From NCBI GenBank assembly GCA_034439475.1, contig JAWXAN010000034.1, forward strand, positions 14,340 through 78,339: a stretch of DNA of 64,000 nucleotides, given 5' to 3'. Origin of the DNA: Candidatus Zixiibacteriota bacterium (GTDB taxonomy: Bacteria; Zixibacteria; MSB-5A5; GN15; FEB-12). Below, one piece after another: positions 9,890 through 17,338 of this stretch (within the stretch, counting starts at the first letter, position 1; each line of letters opens with the position of its first letter). Both the position numbers and the translations under genes were made by a program. The notes beneath the pieces were generated by a model. That model searched no databases. It had not been told where the DNA came from and was given only the letters and a program-made list of their open reading frames with translations.

Positions 9890-10761
9890 AATCTTGACCT
9901 TAATCCTGACCCATTTGCCAGTTGAATATTCAGCCCTGGACGAGCATTAACCTCCAGGACCAACGGACCCTGATGCGCGTCGCACACAAAATCGACGCCT
10001 ATGTAACCAAGACCTACAAGCTCACTTATTGCTGACCCTATTTCCAACATGTCAGCAAAAAAGGGAATGCGTTGGCCTGCCAGAGGCGCACTCGAATCCG
10101 GGTGTGCACGAATTACATTATTATGATGTACACCGTTGAGCGTGAGACCAGACAAAAGGTCTATACCGACTCCTATGCCGCCCTGGTGCAAATTTGCTTT
10201 TCCGTTCGATTCACGGGTGGGAAGACGAAGCATCGCCATGAGAGGACTCTCAAGTTTGTAAATAATTCGGATATCACCAACACCCTCCACTCCTGGCGGT
10301 ATCAAGGGTTCCAAGCCAATGTCGTTAACAACGGTCTGTTCGAAATAGCATGTATCTGTAGCGTTGTCCAGTGAAAAGGCACCGTTGAGAATCTGCATAA
10401 GATGGAAAGCAATGTCTTCAGCTGTCCATTCTTCGCCCGAGGTAAGATATTCGGATTCGGAACGGGTAATGAGTTTGATACCATTTCCACCGTAACCGCA
10501 GTTCGGCTTAATGACAAAACAATCCATGTCTTTTAATGCCGATTCCCATTGTAGGAGAGATTCGCGGCCACTCACAATATGATAGGTTGTCGGAGTGGGG
10601 ATGCCGGCGCTCTTGAGGAGTTCTTTGCAACGCAGTTTGTCGTCGACATTTGGAAAGCAGTTTCTTCTATTGTGTGTATAAATCAGGTCAAGATTCCGGG
10701 CGTTTATTCCCAATACTCCCTTGATTGAGGGCAAAAGATGCTTGAGCTCAGCCCGGTTCAT
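9886..10761 (-). CDS. alpha-L-glutamate ligase-like ATP-grasp protein (RimK-related, 'sugar-transfer-associated ATP-grasp' type)
   Basis: 'LGINARNLDLIY..NRRNCFPNVDDKL..KELLKSAGIPTP' and 'FVIKPNCGYGGNGI' are typical of the RimK-related ligase family that pairs with 7TM-transglutaminases. The ATG at 10761 lies 1 nt after the upstream stop; the track start at 10848 is an over-extension. Confidence 0.8.
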   Translation of the reverse strand: MNRAELKHLLPSIKGVLGINARNLDLIYTHNRRNCFPNVDDKLRCKELLKSAGIPTPTTYHIVSGRESLLQWESALKDMDCFVIKPNCGYGGNGIKLITRSESEYLTSGEEWTAEDIAFHLMQILNGAFSLDNATDTCYFEQTVVNDIGLEPLIPPGVEGVGDIRIIYKLESPLMAMLRLPTRESNGKANLHQGGIGVGIDLLSGLTLNGVHHNNVIRAHPDSSAPLAGQRIPFFADMLEIGSAISELVGLGYIGVDFVCDAHQGPLVLEVNARPGLNIQLANGSGLRSRL

Positions 10762-10762
10762 G

Positions 10763-12364
10763 TTAAGCTCGCACCAACAATTCTTTGAAACGGAAATACT
10801 CCATGATTCTAAATCCCGAATAGCGGCCGATGTATATGTGGACGGCAATCACGACCAAGAGTACCTCAGGAAAGCTAAGGACTATTGACTGCAGAAGTCG
10901 CCAGGACATAAGACCATAGCTGCATGATGCAACAAACAGCGTTAAGACCGACAGCCGAAGAGCGTGCTTTGCTCCAAACTCTTCCGTTATAAGGAAGAAG
11001 CGCTCAACTGTCAGCGCCAGAATAACTATTGGAAAGAGCGCCACTCGAGCGACATCCAGATAATTATACTTCACGCCCGCAATAGTCATGCCCAATATGA
11101 AAAGTACCACCGTAGTCAAGATAATGGCCAATCTTGGCATGTGTAACAACTGGAGTCTCGACAAAACGAGCCTGATTAACAGGCCGAACAGGATGATCGC
11201 TGCGAACATAACAGCACCGATGAGGAGACCTGTCTCTCGAAAGCCAACTGCCAGGAGGGCCGGCATGAAGGTACCGAACGTTTCAACGCCAATCAAATTT
11301 CGAAACATTACAACGACCAGGATGCCGATTGGAAGCATCAAAATAATCCGCAACAACTCTATCGATATAGCAGCTCGCTCAAAGGCTGCCCAAATATTTA
11401 ATATATCCAGCGGATTGTCTGCTCCGGAAATTGTTCCCGCCGTCTTCTGAATCAGGCGTTTTTTTAGATTGAAATAATACTTGAAGTTTATATCCTGGGT
11501 ATGGGTAATCGCCGGCTGATCACCATGATAAAGCACGAGATAGTTCGACGGAAGTTTCGCGAAGTAGTCGTTCGTAGGGCAAAACGGCACCCAATACCCG
11601 CTTACGTACAGCTCCACCCAGACGTGCGTTGCGCGTGACTGCCCCTGGTTCAGAATCTTGCCGCCGACAAGCCTTGCCGGAATGCCTATATGGCGTGCCA
11701 GCGCCACCATGAGTCGCGACTTTCCTCCACACGAGGCTTCCCTCAATCGGTAAGCAGTGAGGGCATCAGTTGTGCCTGCATACTGCACGTATTTTAGTCC
11801 GTGACTCGCGAATTGATACATGTGCTTGATATTCGTTAACAAATTGCCGTTGGCAGACAGCTTGAGACTGTCCGCCAGTCCAGAAATCTCAGGATGGTCG
11901 GATGGACTTAACGAATCTGGTAGGAGATTTTTTGCGACCGAGTCGGGGATTACCTGTACGGTTTGTAGAGTCGAATCAATTATAAATTCCAGATTCTTTG
12001 TCACGACCGTTGCCGTGTAGGCAACTCGCCTTCGGCCAGTTACTGACTCTCGTTTCCAGTGGCCTCGCCGGTCGCCTTCTCTCATAACAATGTCGAATTT
12101 CAGATCCGCCGAATGGAAGGCCTCGTCACTAACAGTTTGGTTGGGAAGATTCTCCGGCAATGCCATTGAGATTGCAACTCCCGTACCATGACCGTTGAAT
12201 TCCATCACAGTTTCCAGAAAGTAGCTTTCTGTAGGGGCGATCACATCAAGAGTATAGCCCAAGTACGCAATTTTGAAGAACGCCATAGCCGAGGCGGTCA
12301 GTACCAGAAATGCAGGCAGCATGCCGACAAGCCATCGTGAACTATAGCTAATTTTTATGGACAA
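10763..12364 (-). CDS. transglutaminase-like domain fused to a C-terminal 7TM module
   Basis: It has an N-terminal TM helix. The extracytoplasmic transglutaminase core is 'SCGGKSRLMVALARHIGIPARLVGG..THVWVELYVSGYWVPFCPTND': Cys and His are retained and the usual DPT Asp reads CPT. About seven hydrophobic helices follow. Confidence 0.8.
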   Translation of the reverse strand: MSIKISYSSRWLVGMLPAFLVLTASAMAFFKIAYLGYTLDVIAPTESYFLETVMEFNGHGTGVAISMALPENLPNQTVSDEAFHSADLKFDIVMREGDRRGHWKRESVTGRRRVAYTATVVTKNLEFIIDSTLQTVQVIPDSVAKNLLPDSLSPSDHPEISGLADSLKLSANGNLLTNIKHMYQFASHGLKYVQYAGTTDALTAYRLREASCGGKSRLMVALARHIGIPARLVGGKILNQGQSRATHVWVELYVSGYWVPFCPTNDYFAKLPSNYLVLYHGDQPAITHTQDINFKYYFNLKKRLIQKTAGTISGADNPLDILNIWAAFERAAISIELLRIILMLPIGILVVVMFRNLIGVETFGTFMPALLAVGFRETGLLIGAVMFAAIILFGLLIRLVLSRLQLLHMPRLAIILTTVVLFILGMTIAGVKYNYLDVARVALFPIVILALTVERFFLITEEFGAKHALRLSVLTLFVASCSYGLMSWRLLQSIVLSFPEVLLVVIAVHIYIGRYSGFRIMEYFRFKELLVRA

Positions 12365-13899
12365 GAGGCGTTTCCAACAGCATCTCGATGTACGATTGCA
12401 TTAGGAAGCTTCTCGCAATTGGGATACTGGGTTATTACCGTGCAGTACTCGCTATGCGCCTGGGAATTGGCTACAGTGCCAAATAGTTTTTCATAGCAGC
12501 GACCTGCCCAATAATGAGCGTCACCTGCTGCCTTAGTTCCGGGGTAAAGCGTATAGTAGTTGACATAGGCAGTAAGAGCGTTGTTGTAGTCTTGATCAGA
12601 GTAATAGGCCCCTGCAATACGGTCTCGGGCATTCGCCACCCAGTCCGTTGTCGGATCAGCGGCGATGAAGGCCTGGTAGGCGGCTATGGCACCCAGATAG
12701 TTGCCAAGATTGCTCTCGCAATTGCCTAGATAATAGCGAGCATGAGCGGTTTTATCAGAATTCGGAAAGTTGGTAATAATGCTCTGGTAATCAGCTTTGG
12801 CCTGGGCAAAAGTGTAACTCTCAAGATTGTATTTGCAGTGGGCACGGTAATACCATGCATCGACAAGGTACTGGCCAATGGGGTAAGAGCTGATTGAGGT
12901 ACTGAATTTTGTTAGGGCAGTGGCAAAATCTTCCTGATTGTAATAACACATCCCAATATAGAAACTGGACTTCGACGCTTCCTCACTTGTTGGGTAAGTG
13001 CTCAAAAGCTTGTTGAATTGGGTTATCGCCTGGGGGTATTGGTCAGAGGTATAATACAACCAGCCTGAATTGACAATTGCGGCTTTGATATCGGGCGAGC
13101 TTGGATAATTAGTTTCGACCGCTAAATATGCGTTTATCGCTGCCGAAACATTCCCGAGCTCTTCTTGTGAACGTCCCACACGGTATTGTGCGCGCCCAGC
13201 AACTGGATAAGACGAATATGAAGTAACTACTTGCTGAAAGTCCGCAAGAGCGCCACTGTAATTGAGCTTAGCATCCTTGTACGAGCCACGCCAATAGTAG
13301 GCATGGGGCACCAAACTGTCTGAAGAATAAGTTGTAATAAGTGATGCCAAAGCCGCAATCGCAGAATCATATTTGTCCTCAGAGCCGAACGCGAGGGCTA
13401 CACGATATTGGGAAGCAGCTGCATATTTGCCGGTCGGATTGGCCGCGATCAATCCTCTTAATGCTGCGATAGACTCGGAATATCGATCGTAACTATATAA
13501 TCGCAGGGCATCACCAAACAGTTTCGCCTCTGTTTCACTGTTAGGCACAAGGCTTACCCCGGAAACGTTAACCACCTGTCCAGCCGATGATATAATGAGT
13601 CCCGTGCGATTCTGATTCGTATACCCAGCCTTTGTGAAAGTCAAAGTATACGTCCCATAAGGGACACCAATTATGGTATAATTGCCACTCTGATTGGTCG
13701 TTCCAACGATACTCGTACCGCTTACATAAACGAAAATCCCGCCATGGCCGCCTCCTCCCATGAGAGTTGCAGTCCCGGTCAAGGTACCCGTTGGGATGAG
13801 TGATACATTTATAAAAGTCGTGTCTGCCGATACTGAGCCGACACCTGCAATGATAAACAGCATTGCAGAGACCAACACCTTCAGAGCTATCTTGATCAT
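12355..13899 (-). CDS. secreted CarboxypepD_reg-like domain + TPR/YbgF-like repeat protein
   Basis: It has a signal peptide and an N-terminal 'GTTNQSGNYTIIGVPYGTYTLTFTKAGY' beta-sandwich motif. Repeated 'A.Y..g.cyy....y..A...f..ii..yP.s' units follow. Confidence 0.7.
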   Translation of the reverse strand: MIKIALKVLVSAMLFIIAGVGSVSADTTFINVSLIPTGTLTGTATLMGGGGHGGIFVYVSGTSIVGTTNQSGNYTIIGVPYGTYTLTFTKAGYTNQNRTGLIISSAGQVVNVSGVSLVPNSETEAKLFGDALRLYSYDRYSESIAALRGLIAANPTGKYAAASQYRVALAFGSEDKYDSAIAALASLITTYSSDSLVPHAYYWRGSYKDAKLNYSGALADFQQVVTSYSSYPVAGRAQYRVGRSQEELGNVSAAINAYLAVETNYPSSPDIKAAIVNSGWLYYTSDQYPQAITQFNKLLSTYPTSEEASKSSFYIGMCYYNQEDFATALTKFSTSISSYPIGQYLVDAWYYRAHCKYNLESYTFAQAKADYQSIITNFPNSDKTAHARYYLGNCESNLGNYLGAIAAYQAFIAADPTTDWVANARDRIAGAYYSDQDYNNALTAYVNYYTLYPGTKAAGDAHYWAGRCYEKLFGTVANSQAHSEYCTVITQYPNCEKLPNAIVHRDAVGNASCP

Positions 13900-13942
13900 T
13901 TGGAATCTCCATGAGTTGATAAATTCATATGGCTAGTACAGG

Positions 13943-14440
13943 TCATCGGCACGCTGACGTGGGCTGAAGGTTGATGAATAAGTGATCTATAAGCGCAGTT
14001 AGATCGCTTATATCCACGGAATTCCCCGCATCTCCATCGATATTTCCTTCTTCAGGACACACGAGAGGGGCAAGGTTTACGAAAAGATGGCTAATGAGCA
14101 TTGTAAGGTCGGAAATATCAACTTGGTCAGCTGGGTCGTTGTCTGTGTTGCCGGTATTACCAATACAGCACACTCCAATTTGCGCATTCAATCGGATGAG
14201 TGGCTGATAGGTCTGAGCGCCGAAAAGCATCGTGTACATGCCATCGGCAACGTCGCTCAACAGATAATAGCCGGCAGAATTAGTTTGAGTGCTGTCATTT
14301 GTTTGCAGTATTTTGACGACAACGTTTGCAATTGGCGTTCCGGTCTGACTGTTTGTTACCACGCCAGATACGGGGGCGCCCAACAATTCTAAATTAGAAA
14401 CCATTATAACGACGAATATCCAAAGGATTGTCTTGATCAT
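13943..14440 (-). CDS. secreted CarboxypepD_reg-like protein with Cys-bracketed double dockerin-like C-terminal module
   Basis: The signal peptide begins at 'MIKTILWIFVVIMV' (ATG 14440). It contains 'VTNSQTGTPIANVVVKI..TNSAGYYLLSDVADGMYTM'. The C-terminus is 'CCIGNTGNTDNDPADQVDISDLTMLISHLF..CPEEGNIDGDAGNSVDISDLTALIDHLFI..C'. The track start at 14608 lies upstream of the predicted promoter. Confidence 0.7.
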   Translation of the reverse strand: MIKTILWIFVVIMVSNLELLGAPVSGVVTNSQTGTPIANVVVKILQTNDSTQTNSAGYYLLSDVADGMYTMLFGAQTYQPLIRLNAQIGVCCIGNTGNTDNDPADQVDISDLTMLISHLFVNLAPLVCPEEGNIDGDAGNSVDISDLTALIDHLFINLQPTSACR

Positions 14441-14606
14441 GGTACAACTCACTAATCTTCGCGCGGCCCAACTAATAAAATGTGGAGGCAATAATCGGTA
14501 ATGTCTGTTTAAGGTTAAAAATCTTAGATACCTACTATGAATATACTGCTCGGGTGGACTGCAATCAACTAAATCCTTCAGCGCCTGCATATCATTTTCC
14601 AGCGTC

Positions 14607-14635
14607 AAAATAGCTTTTTAAAGCTTCCTTGTCAA
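14607..14635 (-). promoter_or_regulatory. sigma70-like promoter of the 7-gene envelope operon
   Basis: On the minus strand: TTGACA (14635-14630), a 17-nt spacer, then TATTTT (14612-14607). Confidence 0.45.
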
Positions 14636-14991
14636 GGAGTTTGCGCGAAATCCTGTAACTTGTTTGTGCCGACGCAGGAAGGAATATGTGCCAAACGCGG
14701 CCTGTTAAAGCTCCTCTCAGACTGCAAACATTCAATCAATTGCGCGATAGAGCAATAAGTGGAGTCACTCCGTGTAAGCCCGACCCCAATATCACTATGG
14801 CGATCATGACTTCGCGCAAGATAGACCCGGTAAGAGCCAGGCGATTCTTTAGATTAGGCTTAACGGGTCTGACTCCTAAGTATTGATATCGGCATTGCTC
14901 CTGTTACCTTTACTCCACATATTCGGGAAGAAATGCTTCCTTTTCTATGGTCTATAAAAATTACATCTTCGCCGATCAAGCCAATCATAAT

Positions 14992-15026
14992 AAAAAAAGC
15001 CGGCCTATCGGAATTGATAGGCCGGC
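14992..15026 (-). terminator. rho-independent terminator of the Cys-repeat gene
   Basis: A perfect 11-bp GC-rich stem GCCGGCCTATC / GATAGGCCGGC (14999-15009 / 15016-15026) with a 6-nt loop. On the minus strand it is followed by a U7 run (A7 at 14992-14998 on plus). It lies 38 nt after the stop. Confidence 0.85.
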
Positions 15027-15063
15027 CGGTAAGGGTCAGTGAGTTCTGCTCAGAGCCAATCCG

Positions 15064-17034
15064 CTATTGACAAGGCGGCAGTGGCGCAAGCGTAATGAAC
15101 AGATGATCAATCATTCGCGTGAGATCACTTATGTCGACGTCACCATTTGGATCATCGTCGGCATTTCCTGCTTCGTCACAACAGAAGGGAACCAAACTGA
15201 TGAAGAGATTATCGATCATGTACGTCAAATCAGAAATGTCGATAACGTCTTCAGGGTCGCAGTCAACATTTCCGGCTGTGCCAACGCAACACTGGGTTCC
15301 GGTCAAGTGAGGCGCGCACAGAGTTCCGTCTCCCTGATAGGTTCCGTCTAAGGCGACGCACAGGAGACTCGATGTCATTATACAGCGGCCGTCCGGCAAC
15401 CAACAACTGCCATGAAGACTGTGTGGCATAGAGCGGCCATGCGGTATGGTCGGACAGCTAGTTGGTGTGCAAGGCACCCCATTGCCTAAATAGGATCCGC
15501 CACGCTCTTGACAGTCGGAAGGAGTTGTAACAACACATCCGAGTCCATTCGGCAGGCAGCATCCGCCCTGCTGGAAGAACGAGATGCACATTTTCTTCAA
15601 GCACGGAGTATTATCACCATAATAGACGCCATTCTGCGCCAAGCAATCCTTCTGCTTCATCTGGTAGCAGAAGCCGTTGATGCAGCAGGCTCCCTTAGGC
15701 TGGTTACAAGGATTGGGAGTGCAACTCACTCCGTTGCCCTGCCACGCGCCGTGACGGATTTCGCAGTCCAAGGCCGAAGTCTGGATACAAATTCCGGTCG
15801 GCAGACAGCAAGCGCCGATATCGGGCTGTACACAAGTTACCATTGAACAATTGGTTCCAAAACCGTACCAGACACCTTTATGGATCTTTTTACAGACTTT
15901 CCAAGTAGTCTGGATACAATTCCCGTTCGGCAGACAACAGGCGCCGGTATATATGGGCGGACAGGTGACGCCCGTACAAACTGTTCCTGTGCCTTGGAAT
16001 GTACCACCTTTGAGCTGACATGAAGTCGATGACATGACCAAGCATGTTCCGTCGGGGAGACAACAGGCTCCTTCGGTGGTTCCGCATAAATTCAGACTGC
16101 ATGGAACACCGGGACCGTAGAATATGCCGTTTGATACTTTACAACTGTCCTGCGATAACTGGACGCAGCCGGCTCCGGGGATACAACATGCTCCTTTCGG
16201 CGGCTGAGGGCATTGCACTCCAGCGCAAGTCGTGCCTGGTCCTTGGAATGTTCCACCTTGGGCTTGGCAGTCGACAGCCAACGTTATAATGCAAGTGCCG
16301 TTCGGCAGGCAACATGCGCCATCCTGAATAGGGGGCTGACATGTGGCAGGAGTACATGGGACATTTGCACCTAAGAATATGCCACCCTGCTGTTTGCATT
16401 CGTCCTGCGTCAACTGGACGCAACCAACCGTAGGCAAGCAACAGGCGCCACGTGGCGGCTGAGGACATAGACCGGCCACGCACGCTGATCCGTTGCCTTG
16501 ATATATGCCGTTTTGCAAATGGCAATCAGTCGCGCTTAGGATAACGCATTGCCCGTTCGGCAGACAGCAGGCTCCTTTGTTGACATTCGTACAAAGAATA
16601 GGGCTACATGGTGTTCCAACTCCAAAGAAGGTACCGCCCACAGCCTGGCAATCGGTCTGTGTTGCCTGAATACATCCTCCGCTCGGCAGACAGCAGGCGC
16701 CAGTCTGGCCAGCGGCCAAACATGGATCAGGCGTACAAGTGGAGTTGTTGCCTTGGTATGTGCCACCGGCCTGAGCGCAGTGAGCCGAATCCAATATTTG
16801 ACACAGAGCTCCTGGAATACAGCAAGCCCCGGTCGGGGTTGGCGGACATGGGCTTGGAATACAGCCCCCAGCGGTCCATACTCCCCCAGCAGAACCGCAA
16901 TTTTGTTGAGTTGTGGCAAAGCATGAGCCGTCTGGCAAGCAACAGGCACCGCTGGTTTGTGACCAGGCGGCCTGACTACAGATACAGATGAGGACCAGAG
17001 TCATAGCCGCAAGTGCGACTTTGGATTTTAACAT
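15064..17034 (-). CDS. secreted cysteine-rich tandem-repeat protein (13 x ~42-aa six-Cys 'GACC' repeats) with dockerin-like C-terminal module
   Basis: The ATG at 17034 is preceded by GGAGGG 5 nt upstream. The signal peptide is 'MLKSKVALAAMTLVLICICSQAAWSQ'. Thirteen repeats of 'GACCLP.G.C......C...GG.FQG.G..C....C' follow, then the tail 'CCVGTAGNVDCDPEDVIDISDLTYMIDNLF..CCDEAGNADDDPNGDVDISDLTRMIDHLFI..C'. Confidence 0.9.
   Translation of the reverse strand: MLKSKVALAAMTLVLICICSQAAWSQTSGACCLPDGSCFATTQQNCGSAGGVWTAGGCIPSPCPPTPTGACCIPGALCQILDSAHCAQAGGTYQGNNSTCTPDPCLAAGQTGACCLPSGGCIQATQTDCQAVGGTFFGVGTPCSPILCTNVNKGACCLPNGQCVILSATDCHLQNGIYQGNGSACVAGLCPQPPRGACCLPTVGCVQLTQDECKQQGGIFLGANVPCTPATCQPPIQDGACCLPNGTCIITLAVDCQAQGGTFQGPGTTCAGVQCPQPPKGACCIPGAGCVQLSQDSCKVSNGIFYGPGVPCSLNLCGTTEGACCLPDGTCLVMSSTSCQLKGGTFQGTGTVCTGVTCPPIYTGACCLPNGNCIQTTWKVCKKIHKGVWYGFGTNCSMVTCVQPDIGACCLPTGICIQTSALDCEIRHGAWQGNGVSCTPNPCNQPKGACCINGFCYQMKQKDCLAQNGVYYGDNTPCLKKMCISFFQQGGCCLPNGLGCVVTTPSDCQERGGSYLGNGVPCTPTSCPTIPHGRSMPHSLHGSCWLPDGRCIMTSSLLCVALDGTYQGDGTLCAPHLTGTQCCVGTAGNVDCDPEDVIDISDLTYMIDNLFISLVPFCCDEAGNADDDPNGDVDISDLTRMIDHLFITLAPLPPCQ
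15292..16950 (-). repeat. intragenic tandem repeat array (13 units, ~126 bp each) encoding the six-Cys repeats
   Basis: I delimited the repeat units by eye in the translation (aa 51-603 of the track ORF). Units 4-5 and 6-7 are more similar as pairs, indicating duplication of a two-unit block. Confidence 0.85.
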
Positions 17035-17242
17035 AATACCCTCCACCATTTCGGGAAATGAACTTAATACAGCCAAGATTATTCGACTGCGGTTTACCAT
17101 AATATCTAAAAAATCAACTCATTTTCTGAGGTGTCGGGAGCTTCGCGTTTCCACTCAGACAAGACAAGGATACCGGGCAAGCAAGACGCCTGAGCAAACA
17201 AGGCGATGCATCAACGGCAACTCTTAACGTTCGCATAGCATA

Positions 17243-17271
17243 TATATAAGTGTTCGTTAGCCTTATGTCAA
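17243..17271 (-). promoter_or_regulatory. near-consensus sigma70 promoter of the Cys-repeat gene
   Basis: On the minus strand: TTGACA (17271-17266), exactly a 17-nt spacer, then TATATA (17248-17243). An AT-rich stretch lies upstream. This implies a 5' UTR of about 200 nt. Confidence 0.6.
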
Positions 17272-17338
17272 GAAATATTATGGGTTGCTGCCAAGATTTC
17301 TTTCACACCCATCCCTCGCATGGTGGAATCGTGCGAAA

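Noticed and set aside
14441-14608. N-terminal 56-aa extension of the dockerin-like ORF (track start 14608)
   Set aside because: The extension has no signal peptide and would begin at or upstream of the predicted -10 box (14607-14612). A clean signal peptide starts at the ATG at 14440.
14686-14886. 66-aa plus-strand ORF in the intergenic region between the two dockerin-tail genes
   Set aside because: It has no RBS and an Arg/Pro-rich low-complexity product. It lies opposite the promoter/UTR region of minus-strand genes.
15292-16950. Regular ~126-bp periodicity (and ~249-bp periodicity at 25350-26837) considered as CRISPR or non-coding tandem repeats
   Set aside because: The units are contiguous with no unique spacers. 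They are in frame and encode conserved Cys or PKD motifs with synonymous drift, so they are coding domain repeats, not CRISPR arrays.
16139-16991. Several long ORFs (16139-16525 -, 16536-16949 -, 16549-16926 +, 16608-16991 +, 16727-16942 -) overlapping the Cys-repeat gene in other frames
   Set aside because: The repetitive, GC-skewed codon usage of the repeat array suppresses stop codons in alternative frames. These ORFs have no RBS, and their products are low-complexity echoes of the repeats. The 15064-17034 frame has the signal peptide, SD, promoter and terminator.
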